From Polyangiaceae bacterium (lineage in GTDB: Bacteria; Myxococcota_A; Polyangia; Polyangiales; Polyangiaceae): DNA of 64,000 bases. Each line of letters begins with the position of its first letter. Within the stretch, counting starts at the first letter, position 1. The translations under genes were made by a program, and so were the position numbers. The notes under the pieces were generated by a model. The model worked only from the letters and a program-made list of their open reading frames with translations. It made no database searches and had not been told where the DNA came from. The stretch covers positions 32,001 to 96,000 of the forward strand of contig JBGANF010000009.1 of assembly GCA_044222475.1 (NCBI GenBank). Reading direction: 5' to 3'. Of the stretch, positions 9,675 through 18,709 are shown one piece after another.

Positions 9675-11495
9675 TCAAATCGCGTGGCCCTTGAACTGGC
9701 TCGTGTAGAGCTCGTGGTACCTCCCCTTCCGCGCGACGAGCTCGTCGTGCGTCCCTCTCTCGACGACTCGCCCGCCGTCGATCACGAGCACCTGATCCGC
9801 GTCGCGGATCGTGCTCAGCCGATGGGCGATCACGAAGCTCGTGCGCCCAGCCATGAGGCGAAGGAGCGCCTTCTGGATCCTCGCCTCGGTGCGCGTGTCG
9901 ACGCTGCTCGTGGCTTCGTCGAGGATCAAGATCGCCGGCTGCGCGAGCAGCGTGCGCGCGATCGCGAGGAGTTGACGCTGCCCCTGGCTCAGGTTGCCGG
10001 CGCGCTCCGAGAGGACCGTCTCGTACCCCTTCGGTAGCTGGCGAATGAAGCCGTCTGCGTCGGCCATCTCCGCCGCGCGAATCACCTCTTCGTCCGTCGC
10101 GTCGAGCCGGCCGTAGCGGATGTTCTCCATCACCGTGTCGCCGAAGAGATAGGTGTCCTGGAGGACGAGCCCCAGCGACCGCCGGAGGTCCGCCTTCGCC
10201 ACGTCGCGAACGTCCACGCCGTCGATCGTGATGGCCCCCTCGTCGATCTCGTGGAACCGCGTGAGGAGGTTCGCGATCGTCGTCTTGCCGGCGCCCGTCG
10301 GGCCGACCAGGGCGATCGTCTGGCCGGGTTTGGCTTCGAACGAGACGTCATCGAGGACCTTCGTCCCAGGTTGGTACGAGAAGCCGACGCCGTCGAACCG
10401 TACGTCGCCGCGGGGAGCAAGCCCGGCGGCACCAGGTGCACGGTCGACCTCGGGCGGAGTGTCCAGGATCTCGAACACCCGCTCCGCTCCGGCGAGCGCG
10501 GCTTGCAGCGTGTTGTAGAGGTTCGCGATCTGGCGGAGCGGGTTCACGAAGCTCTGACCGTAGTTGATGAACGTGGCGATCACGCCCACGGTCACCAGCC
10601 CGGAGAGCGCGAGCCAACCGCCGAGCCCAGCGAGGACGATCACGAACAGGTTCCCGAGCACCGCCGTCAGCGGCATCAGGAGCAGGGCGTACGAGTTCGC
10701 TGCGACGCCGGCGCGGTACACCTTCTCGTTCTCTGCGCGGAACGCAGCGATCACGGACGCGTTGCGCCGGAAGACGTTCACCGTCTTCTGACCGGCGATC
10801 GCTTCCTCCATGACGCCGTTGAGCCGCCCGAGGTCTTTCTGAAGCTCGGTGAAGCCCCGGCGCGTGAACACCGCTACGAACCGCGTGAACGCGAGCATCA
10901 ACGGCACGACGAGGAGCGACGCGAGCGCGAGCCACGGGTGGAGGACGAACATCGCGACGACGATGCCGGCCATGGTGAGGACGCTCGCGAGGAGCGTCGT
11001 CACGTTCTGGGCGACCGCGTCGTTGACCGCGTCGATGTCGTTGGTGAGCCGGCTCATGAGCTCGCCCGACGGGTTCTTCTCGAAGAAATCCATCGGGAGG
11101 CGCTGGATGTGCCCGAAGAGATCGCGCCGCAGCCGGTTCAACGCACGCTGCGAGACGGCGGCCATGATGAAGCTCGCCAGCCCTTGCAGGAGGTTGTTCC
11201 CGAGGAACGCGGCGAGCATCAGCAGCGCGGTCCGCGCGAGCCCGGTCGGGTCCCCCTCGGCGATGAAGCGATCGAGCGCGCGCCCCATCAGGTACGGCCC
11301 CACGAGGCCGAGGAGGGTGTACGCCACGATGCAGACCGCGACGAACGCGAGGCGCGCGCGAAACTCGCCGAAGTAGCTCGCGAGCCGGTTCAGCGTGCTC
11401 CGCGGGTCCTTCGCTCGTGCGACGTTCCCGAAGCCGCGACCGGGCTGCATCGTCCCGCGCAGGCCGGGACCTCCGGTGGGGAGCGGCGGCATCAT
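9675..11495 (-). CDS. ABC exporter, fused permease/ATPase (heterodimer subunit 2)
   Basis: GPTGAGKT, LSQGQRQ, ILDEATSSVD, IAHRLSTI; N-terminal TM domain. Confidence 0.92.
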   Translation of the reverse strand: MMPPLPTGGPGLRGTMQPGRGFGNVARAKDPRSTLNRLASYFGEFRARLAFVAVCIVAYTLLGLVGPYLMGRALDRFIAEGDPTGLARTALLMLAAFLGNNLLQGLASFIMAAVSQRALNRLRRDLFGHIQRLPMDFFEKNPSGELMSRLTNDIDAVNDAVAQNVTTLLASVLTMAGIVVAMFVLHPWLALASLLVVPLMLAFTRFVAVFTRRGFTELQKDLGRLNGVMEEAIAGQKTVNVFRRNASVIAAFRAENEKVYRAGVAANSYALLLMPLTAVLGNLFVIVLAGLGGWLALSGLVTVGVIATFINYGQSFVNPLRQIANLYNTLQAALAGAERVFEILDTPPEVDRAPGAAGLAPRGDVRFDGVGFSYQPGTKVLDDVSFEAKPGQTIALVGPTGAGKTTIANLLTRFHEIDEGAITIDGVDVRDVAKADLRRSLGLVLQDTYLFGDTVMENIRYGRLDATDEEVIRAAEMADADGFIRQLPKGYETVLSERAGNLSQGQRQLLAIARTLLAQPAILILDEATSSVDTRTEARIQKALLRLMAGRTSFVIAHRLSTIRDADQVLVIDGGRVVERGTHDELVARKGRYHELYTSQFKGHAI

Positions 11496-13243
11496 GGCGC
11501 GTCCTCGGCGACGCCGCCTCCGAGCTGGGAGTCGTAGATCTCGCGGTACACCGTGGAGCTCTTCATGAGCTCGGCGTGGGTTCCGGTCGCGACGACGCGC
11601 CCGCGGTCGAGGACCAGGATCGCATCTGCGTCGAGGACCGTGCTGATCCGCTGCGCGACCACGAACGTCGTGCGACCTCGACTGGTCTCGGCGAGCGCGG
11701 ACTGGATGCGCGTCTCGGTCTCGACGTCGACGGCGCTCGTGCTGTCGTCGAGGATCAGGATCGTCGGGTCGACGAGGAGCGCGCGCGCGATGGCGATTCG
11801 CTGCTTCTGCCCGCCGGAGAAGTTGGAGCCGCGTTGCTCGACCCGGCTCTGGTAGCCGTCGGGCAGCTTGGAGATGAACTCGTGCGCTTCGGCGGCACGC
11901 GCAGCTCGCACGACGTCGTCGTCGCTCGCGTCCGGCCGCCCGTAGCGAATGTTGTCGGCCACCGTCCCCGAGAACAGAACCGTCTCTTGGGGGACGAAGC
12001 CGATCCGCGCCACGAGCGAGTCCTGCGTGAACCCGCGCACGTCGCCGCCGAACACCCGCACCGCGCCGGCGGTCGCGTCGTAGAAGCGTGGGATCAAGCT
12101 CACGAGCGTCGACTTTCCCGCCCCGGTCGAGCCGAGGATCGCGAGGGTCTTGCCGGGCGCCGCGTGGAGATCGATCGCGCGCAAGACGGCGGCGCTCCCC
12201 TCGCCTCCGTAGCGGAAGTCGACGGCGGCGAATTCGACCTCCGCGCTCGCGTCGGCGGGGACGGTCCCAGCGTCGGGCGCGTCGACCACGTCGGGCGTGC
12301 CATCGAGGATCTCGCCCGCGCGCTCGAGCGAGGCCAGGCCCGCGGCCCAGGTGTTCGACAACATCGTCATCATCACGAGCGGCGTCATCGTCGTCATGAG
12401 GTAGTTGATGAACGCGACGATCTGCCCGAGCGACAGCTCGCCGCGGATCGACTGCATGCCGCCGAACCAGATGACGACGACGACTCCGGCGTTGATGCAC
12501 ATCGTGAGCGCGGGCGTCATCGACGACATCACCTGCATGACCCGCACCGATCGACGAGTCATCGCGTCGTTCGCGCGGGCGAAGCGCTCGGCCTCGTAGT
12601 CGGCGCGGACGAACGCCTTCACCACCCGCGCACCCGACACGTTCTCCTGCAGCACGCCGTTGAGGACGTCGAGCTTGCCCTGCACCTCGCGGAAGAGCGG
12701 CTCCATGCGCAGCACGTAGAACGCGATCAGCCCCGCGGTGAGGAGGAGGAGCGGCAACAGGGTCAGCGCCAGGTGGTGGTTCGTCGTCACGAGGAGGACG
12801 AGGCTCCCGAGCATCATCAGCGGAGCGCGCGTGCCGATCCGAAGCGACACCTGGGTCAACGCCTTGACCATGTTGACGTCGCTCGTCAGTCGGACGAGCA
12901 GCTGTCCGGTCTTCTGGCGATCGAGGTTGCCGAACGACCAGCTCTGGATCCGGATGAACAGCGCCTCTCGCAGGTCTCGCGCCACGCCTTCCCCGACGCG
13001 GACGGAGAAGTGGTTGTTCGCGATCGCGAAGACGGTGCTCAAGACGGAGATGCCGAGCATCACCAGCGCGGTCTCGACGACGACCGAGCGGTCGTGGCGC
13101 GCGATGCCCTGGTCGATGATCCGCTGGATGAGCCTCGGGATCGCGAGGTCCATCGCGACGATGATCGTCAGCATCGTCAGCGCCCCCGCCGCGAGCGTGG
13201 CGTACGGCCGCATGAAACCGACGAGCCGGCGAAGGTTCCGCAT
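11492..13243 (-). CDS. ABC exporter, fused permease/ATPase (heterodimer subunit 1, degenerate site)
   Basis: GSTGAGKS, FSGGQKQR, ILDDSTSAVD, VAQRIST (Asp for Glu, Gln for His), as in TM287/288-type heterodimers. Confidence 0.92.
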   Translation of the reverse strand: MRNLRRLVGFMRPYATLAAGALTMLTIIVAMDLAIPRLIQRIIDQGIARHDRSVVVETALVMLGISVLSTVFAIANNHFSVRVGEGVARDLREALFIRIQSWSFGNLDRQKTGQLLVRLTSDVNMVKALTQVSLRIGTRAPLMMLGSLVLLVTTNHHLALTLLPLLLLTAGLIAFYVLRMEPLFREVQGKLDVLNGVLQENVSGARVVKAFVRADYEAERFARANDAMTRRSVRVMQVMSSMTPALTMCINAGVVVVIWFGGMQSIRGELSLGQIVAFINYLMTTMTPLVMMTMLSNTWAAGLASLERAGEILDGTPDVVDAPDAGTVPADASAEVEFAAVDFRYGGEGSAAVLRAIDLHAAPGKTLAILGSTGAGKSTLVSLIPRFYDATAGAVRVFGGDVRGFTQDSLVARIGFVPQETVLFSGTVADNIRYGRPDASDDDVVRAARAAEAHEFISKLPDGYQSRVEQRGSNFSGGQKQRIAIARALLVDPTILILDDSTSAVDVETETRIQSALAETSRGRTTFVVAQRISTVLDADAILVLDRGRVVATGTHAELMKSSTVYREIYDSQLGGGVAEDAP

Positions 13244-13306
13244 GCGCCCCGCGGTTATAGGCCGCTGCGATCGGTGCGTCCAAGGCCGCCCGAAGCCAAG
13301 GACACT

Positions 13307-13321
13307 CATACCGACTCGTAT
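13307..13321. promoter_or_regulatory. Second, degenerate copy of the CATAC-N6-GTATG operator
   Basis: CATAC-cgactc-GTAT(c) versus CATAC-ggattc-GTATG at 13374-13389. Confidence 0.45.
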
Positions 13322-13369
13322 CTCGCGATGTTCCCTCAGTTTATGCACTATTTTTGTCGCTTTGGTGCA

Positions 13370-13398
13370 TTGACATACGGATTCGTATGTCATACTAC
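13370..13398 (+). promoter_or_regulatory. Sigma70-type promoter overlapped by a palindromic TetR-type operator
   Basis: TTGACA at 13370-13375; perfect inverted repeat TGACATACG-gatt-CGTATGTCA at 13371-13392; weak -10 at 17-bp spacing; GGAG SD before ATG 13425. Confidence 0.7.
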
Positions 13399-13424
13399 AT
13401 CGACTCCTCACCACGGAGCCCACC

Positions 13425-14918
13425 ATGATTCGTCGCTCGCTCGGACTCGTCGCCACCCTCCTCGTCGCCACCACCGCCGCCCTCGGAGGGGGCTCGGTCG
13501 CGTGCTCCGCCCCGGCGGCGGACGACGACGAGGCCGTCTACGACACCGAGGCGGCGCTGTTCGACTCGACCGCGATCCTCAGCCCTCCGGTCGAACACTT
13601 CAAGTACGGCTCCATCGGCGCGGACAAGCTCGGTATCCCGTCGGCGGTGCTCCGCGCGATCCCAATCGTCTGCGCCGACCGTCTGCCGAAGGGCACCGAC
13701 CCGCGCAAGGAGCCGTTCTCCGCCTTCGGGCTCATCTACGAGCCGGGTCACCAGCTGCCAATTGGGTTCTCGACGCGCCGCCTCGCGATCCTGCCGAGCG
13801 TCGAGCTCACCGGAAACAACTGCGCGGTCTGCCACACGAGCACCGTGCGCGACACGCCGACCTCCGCCCGCAAGGTCTACTTCGGCGCCCCTGCGACCCG
13901 CTTCGACCTCGAGGGCTACCAGTCGTTCCTGATGGACTGCATCGGCGACTCGTCGCGGTTCAACTCCACGACGCTCGTGCGCGCTTTCGACGAGCTCGGC
14001 GTCACCGGCCTCGAGCGCGTCCTCGCGTACAAGAGCGGCTTCCTGCGAGCGTTCCTCCAAGACACGAAGACCAAGGTCGGCAGCGTCGTCCGCGACGGCG
14101 CGTGGGGCCCCGGCCGCGACGACGCGATCGGGCTCTCGGGCGCGATCCTCCTCGGGCCGCAGTTCGTCCCGACGAAGCCGGCGCCGGTGGACTTCCCGGC
14201 GGTGTGGAACCAACAGGCGCGCAAAGGTCACGCGCTCCACTGGGACGGCGCGGCCGGGAGTGCGCTCGAGCGGAACGTGCTCGTCGCGGTCGGCGCGGGG
14301 ACGCCGAAGAACGGCGTCCCGCTCGACAGCCTCGCCGCGGTCCAAGGCTTCCTCGACAAGCTGCCGGCACCCAAGTACCCGTACGCGATCGACAACGGCC
14401 TCGCGACCAAAGGCCAGGCCATCTTCGAGGCGCGCTGCAACGACTGCCACGGCGCGAAGGGATCGCGCACGCTCCAGGTCACCCCGATCCTCGAGATCGG
14501 CACCGACCCGAACCGCCTCGACGCCGTGTCCCAAGCTGGGATCGACAAGATGAACTCGATGTGGGGCGCGGGCTGGTCGTTCAGCCAGTTCAAGAAGACG
14601 AACGGCTATCTGAACGGCCCGCTCGACGGCATCTGGCTGCGCGCGCCGTACCTCCACAACGGCTCGGTGCCCACGCTTCGCGACCTGCTGAAGCCGCCGG
14701 CCCAACGCCCGAAGACGTTCTTCCGAGGCAACGACGTGTACGACGCGAAGAACGTCGGCTTCGTGTCGACCGTCGCGAGCGAAGGAAAGACCACGTACAT
14801 GCTCTTCGACACGACCCGCCAGGGGAACGGCAACGGCGGGCACTTCGGCCCGGCCTACGGGACGAACCTCTCCGAGGCCGACGTCGATGCGCTCCTCGAG
14901 TACCTGAAGACGCTCTGA
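13425..14918 (+). CDS. Diheme cytochrome c lipoprotein, RoxA-like (CCP/MauG superfamily)
   Basis: Lipobox SVAC; heme motifs CAVCH and CNDCH; PLDGIWLRAPYLHNGSVP; C-terminal GNGNGGH...LLEYLKTL. Confidence 0.8.
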   Translation: MIRRSLGLVATLLVATTAALGGGSVACSAPAADDDEAVYDTEAALFDSTAILSPPVEHFKYGSIGADKLGIPSAVLRAIPIVCADRLPKGTDPRKEPFSAFGLIYEPGHQLPIGFSTRRLAILPSVELTGNNCAVCHTSTVRDTPTSARKVYFGAPATRFDLEGYQSFLMDCIGDSSRFNSTTLVRAFDELGVTGLERVLAYKSGFLRAFLQDTKTKVGSVVRDGAWGPGRDDAIGLSGAILLGPQFVPTKPAPVDFPAVWNQQARKGHALHWDGAAGSALERNVLVAVGAGTPKNGVPLDSLAAVQGFLDKLPAPKYPYAIDNGLATKGQAIFEARCNDCHGAKGSRTLQVTPILEIGTDPNRLDAVSQAGIDKMNSMWGAGWSFSQFKKTNGYLNGPLDGIWLRAPYLHNGSVPTLRDLLKPPAQRPKTFFRGNDVYDAKNVGFVSTVASEGKTTYMLFDTTRQGNGNGGHFGPAYGTNLSEADVDALLEYLKTL

Positions 14919-14952
14919 GCGCCGCCGAGGACGCGTGTATAGTCTCGCTACC

Positions 14953-15591
14953 TTGCCCAAGAAGCCCGCGAAGAAGGCTCCGCGCCGCAGCGCCCGCGAG
15001 CGGCGACCGCGCACCCCGGACGAGACGCGTGACGCCCTGATCGCCTCGGGGATCACCCTGTTCGCCAAGCGCGGCCTCGACGGACCGAGCCTCGACGACA
15101 TCTGCGCTCACGCGGGGCTGACCCGCGGTGCCTTCTACGTGCACTTCAAGGACCGCGACGACTTCCTCGTGGCGGTGATGGACCGCTTCGGGCAGCCCCT
15201 GCTCGACGAGCTGCTCTCGGTGGGTCAGGGCGGCTTCGCCGAGGCGGTACAGCGGTTCGTCGCCGCGAGCGCGTCCGGGCGCTACCCGCTGATGCCGGAG
15301 GGCGGCATCCGCCCGTACCAGCTGCTCGACGCGTGCGCGCGCTCGCAGGTGCTGCGCGAGCGCTACCTCGGCCTCGTGAAGATCAGCACGTCGCGCGTCG
15401 CCGAGCTCGTCGCCGAAGGCCAGAAGAGCGGGATGCTGCGGCCCGATCTCGACCCGGCGAACGCGGCCCAGCTCACGATCGCGCTCGTCGTCGGCCTGCA
15501 GACGCTCGCCGATCTCGGCATGCCGCTGTCGCTCGAAGCGCTCGCTCCCGACGTGATCAAGCTCCTCCTCCCGCCGGTGCCGCCGTCGTGA
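14953..15591 (+). CDS. TetR/AcrR-family regulator
   Basis: LFAKRGLDGPSLDDICAHAGLTRGAFYVHFKDRDD HTH; TTG start chosen because TATAGT lies 9 nt upstream. Confidence 0.9.
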   Translation: MPKKPAKKAPRRSARERRPRTPDETRDALIASGITLFAKRGLDGPSLDDICAHAGLTRGAFYVHFKDRDDFLVAVMDRFGQPLLDELLSVGQGGFAEAVQRFVAASASGRYPLMPEGGIRPYQLLDACARSQVLRERYLGLVKISTSRVAELVAEGQKSGMLRPDLDPANAAQLTIALVVGLQTLADLGMPLSLEALAPDVIKLLLPPVPPS

Positions 15592-16382
15592 TCACGGGAA
15601 CCGCCATCGTCACCGGCGCCGGCTCGGGCATCGGGCGCGCGCTCGCGCACGGCTTGGCCGATCGCGGCGTCCGCGTGTTCTGCACCGACGTCGACGGCGC
15701 CAGCGCCGAGGAGACTGCGCGCTCGTGCGGCGGCGATTTCTCCGCGCTCGACGTGACGAACGCGTCCGCCTTCGGCGAGCTGGTGGCTCGCGTCGACCGC
15801 GATCACGGGCTCGCCTACCTCTTCAACAACGCCGGCATCGCGGTCGGCGGCGAGGCGCAGTCGCTCGGACCCGAGGACTGGCAGCGCGTCCTCGACGTGA
15901 ACCTCCGCGGCACGATCCACGGCGTCACCGCGGCCTACCCGCGGATGCTCGCGCGCGGCCGCGGGCACATCCTCAACGTCGCATCGATCGCCGGGCTCGT
16001 CCCCTACCCGCTCTCGGTTCCGTACACGACGTCGAAGCACGCCGTCGTGGGCCTGAGCTTGGCGCTCCGAGCCGAGGGCGCCGCCCGCGGCGTGCGCGTG
16101 AGCGTCGCGTGCCCGGGCACGATCGACACTGCGATCTGGCACCGGTCCGAGGTGCGCGGCTTCGATCGCCAGCGCGTCATCGAGTGGCTAGGCAAGCCGA
16201 CGACCGCCAAGGCGTGCGCGAACGCGATCCTGCGCGGCGTGGAGAAGAACCGCGGGGTGATCGTCGTCGGGAACGACGCGCGGCTGGCGTGGCTCGTGCA
16301 GCGCGCATCGCCTCGACTGGGGACGTGGCTCCACACCCGGCTCGTCGGCCTCGCGCGCGAGCGGTTCGTCGCGCGGCCTTGA
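15588..16382 (+). CDS. Short-chain dehydrogenase/reductase (SDR)
   Basis: TGAGSGIG, NNAGI, YTTSK; GTG start overlaps the TetR stop. Confidence 0.9.
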   Translation: MITGTAIVTGAGSGIGRALAHGLADRGVRVFCTDVDGASAEETARSCGGDFSALDVTNASAFGELVARVDRDHGLAYLFNNAGIAVGGEAQSLGPEDWQRVLDVNLRGTIHGVTAAYPRMLARGRGHILNVASIAGLVPYPLSVPYTTSKHAVVGLSLALRAEGAARGVRVSVACPGTIDTAIWHRSEVRGFDRQRVIEWLGKPTTAKACANAILRGVEKNRGVIVVGNDARLAWLVQRASPRLGTWLHTRLVGLARERFVARP

Positions 16383-16385
16383 GGG

Positions 16386-17354
16386 TCAGCCTCTCGCATC
16401 GCCTACGACGGCGCGCACGTGATCGCGCACCGAAGCAAGGTGCTCGAGCCCCTCCGGCAGCACGAGGTCGTGCGTCGGGACGGTGTCGACGATGCGCGCA
16501 CACAGATCCATCTGCCGGAGCACCAGCGCCGAAGGCGCCGCCACGAGCCGAAACGCGTGCCGAAAGAGCCGGATCGCGAGGCCGGCGCCGCCGCGCTCCG
16601 CGCGCGGGACCCGGTCGCGTTCGCGCCGCAGGAGGAACACGCCGGCGAGCGGCAACGCGCCGACGGGGCCCCCTCGGAGCGCGCGCGGCGTGAACCGGCG
16701 CTTGGTTCCACTCGGTGCGCTCACGTAGTCGTCGGCCCAGCCGAGCGCCTTCCGTCGCGCGAGCCAAGCGAGCGCCGGGCGGCAGAGGCGCACTCCTGGG
16801 TATCCGGCGCGCGCCACGAAAGTGCCGCGCCTCATCGAGACGATCGTGCAGTCGTCCGAGACGCTCGTCCCGCCGTCGGCGAGGAACGAAGCGGCCAGCG
16901 TGGACTTTCCGGTCCCGCTCGGTGCGCAGAAGAGGACGACGCGACCGTCGAGCGTCACGCTCGACGCATGGAAGCTGTCCGCACCTCGGAGACTCAGCGC
17001 GATCGGGACGACATGATCGAGGAGCGCGTGTCGCGTCGCGCTCGAAGCGCGACCCAATGCATCCACCGTCGCGCCATCTTCGGCGACGACATAGTCGCAC
17101 ACGCCGTGGATTCGAACGAGGAAGTCCTTACCCGTGCGACCGCACGACAACCACAACCGGCCGCCGATGCGATGGCGCTCGGCCCACTCGATCGGCCCCT
17201 TCGGAGCAACGGCGCCGAACGTCACACGAAGGACCGGGCGGCGAGCGGCTCGACGAACCAGTGGAGCGAGCTCCGGGAGCGGCTCACTCGACCGCAACAT
17301 CGTGTCGAACGCGTCGTACGTCCACAACTTGGGCTGGTCAAATCGTGTAGCCAC
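16386..17354 (-). CDS. HprK-related kinase (RiPP/lasso-associated type)
   Basis: FHASSV...VLFCAPSGTGKSTLA (Walker A)...VSDD; overlaps the methyltransferase stop. Confidence 0.8.
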   Translation of the reverse strand: MATRFDQPKLWTYDAFDTMLRSSEPLPELAPLVRRAARRPVLRVTFGAVAPKGPIEWAERHRIGGRLWLSCGRTGKDFLVRIHGVCDYVVAEDGATVDALGRASSATRHALLDHVVPIALSLRGADSFHASSVTLDGRVVLFCAPSGTGKSTLAASFLADGGTSVSDDCTIVSMRRGTFVARAGYPGVRLCRPALAWLARRKALGWADDYVSAPSGTKRRFTPRALRGGPVGALPLAGVFLLRRERDRVPRAERGGAGLAIRLFRHAFRLVAAPSALVLRQMDLCARIVDTVPTHDLVLPEGLEHLASVRDHVRAVVGDARG

Positions 17355-18459
17355 TCACGACCTCGGCGACGAACACCGCGGCTTCCGCGTGCGATCGGAA
17401 GAGGTCGGGATGACTCTCGTGAACTCGTGCTTCGATGGCGGCGAGCGGAGTCCGACCGTCGCAGAGATCGAGAACGGTGCGCCTTGCACGACCTCGAGCC
17501 GTCAGGACGGGAACGAAGCTCGGGTTCGTCCGGCGCAGGTCGGCCTCCGAGAGGAGCATGCCGCCGTACGTCGAGTGGCGGAACCGTCGGTCGCCCGCGC
17601 TGACGGTCCACGACAGCATCGCGTCCGACATGTGAAAGAGCACCTCCGCGTCGAGGGTGTCCCCGGCGCGCACCGGCGTCGGAGCCTCCAGCGGAAGAAA
17701 GGCGCAGTTGCGGTCGATCCGCGAGGACGAGCACGGCGAGTTCGTGAGCTCGACCGACGGCGAGAGCTCGGCGACGAACCACGCCGCGAGCCCGTGGATC
17801 ACCCCATCCCGAGTGGCCGTCAACTTCGCGCTCGCGGGCACGACGTCGGGCGGCTCGACTCCGGTGTCCAGGCGGGCGAGCGGAGCGGGCGCGGAGACGA
17901 GCTGATCGGCGGTGGGGCGGAGCGGATAGCCGGTGTTGCGCGCCAGGCTGGCGACCGCGCGCACGTCCAGGCCGCCACGCGGCTCGTCCCAAAACGACAC
18001 CCTCGCCCAGGACTCTGGCGCCTCCACCGCCGCCAACTCGAAACGGATCGCACGCGGCACCATCGTTGCGCCGGGTCGCGCGAGGCGGCGCGCGGCATCT
18101 GCGAAATACGAGAAGACGCCAGCCTCGAAGCCGGCACGGCCAATTTGATCCGCGACGACGACGTCGACTCGACGCGGCAGCTCCACTGCGGTGGAAAACG
18201 ACTGGAGGTACGTCACGGCTCCGGCCGCGCCGTTCGCGCACCCGATGTCGCGCGCGACGCCGAGAATGCTCCCCTCGTCGACCGCGTACACGTGACCCGC
18301 ACCAGCCCGTAGGGCGAGGAGTCCGAGCAGCCCCGTCCCACAACCGAGGTCCAGAACGGTGTCACCAGGGCGGACGACCTCGATCAGCGCACGCTCGAAC
18401 GCGCCGATGCGCGCGGGGTCGCCGAGGTAGGTCCGGTGTTCGTCGAGGACGAGCGACAT
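17338..18459 (-). CDS. Class I SAM methyltransferase, PRMT-like fold, with C-terminal PqqD/RRE-like segment
   Basis: VLDLGCGTG, VYAVD, VDVVVADQIG, IHGLAAWF; tail VLDLCDGRTPLAAIEARV; SD GAGGAGG upstream. Confidence 0.75.
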   Translation of the reverse strand: MSLVLDEHRTYLGDPARIGAFERALIEVVRPGDTVLDLGCGTGLLGLLALRAGAGHVYAVDEGSILGVARDIGCANGAAGAVTYLQSFSTAVELPRRVDVVVADQIGRAGFEAGVFSYFADAARRLARPGATMVPRAIRFELAAVEAPESWARVSFWDEPRGGLDVRAVASLARNTGYPLRPTADQLVSAPAPLARLDTGVEPPDVVPASAKLTATRDGVIHGLAAWFVAELSPSVELTNSPCSSSRIDRNCAFLPLEAPTPVRAGDTLDAEVLFHMSDAMLSWTVSAGDRRFRHSTYGGMLLSEADLRRTNPSFVPVLTARGRARRTVLDLCDGRTPLAAIEARVHESHPDLFRSHAEAAVFVAEVVSGYTI

Positions 18460-18475
18460 CGAGATGCCTCCTCGT

Positions 18476-18655
18476 TCAGAGACACATCATCGACATCCCT
18501 GGGGGCCCGCCGTCGTTGCCGGAACCGGCTCCGCCCAACGTCAGCTTGCGCAGATCTCCGTAGTGCACCAGCCGCGGCTTTTCGTAGGGACGCTTCGAAG
18601 CGTGCGGCGTCGCAGGGTCGGTCGAAGGCGGCGGCGGATTCGTCGGCGCGGACAT
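18476..18655 (-). CDS. Lasso peptide precursor (59 aa: 40-aa leader + 19-aa core)
   Basis: MSAPTNPPPPSTDPATPHASKRPYEKPRLVHYGDLRKLTL/GGAGSGNDGGPPGMSMMCL: YxxPxL leader motif, Thr at -2, Gly1, Asp8; adjacent to cyclase and RRE genes. Confidence 0.88.
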   Translation of the reverse strand: MSAPTNPPPPSTDPATPHASKRPYEKPRLVHYGDLRKLTLGGAGSGNDGGPPGMSMMCL

Positions 18656-18709
18656 CCAACCAGGGTCGCACGGATCTCGCCTCGCGAAAATGTAGAATGG
18701 ATCTCCTCG

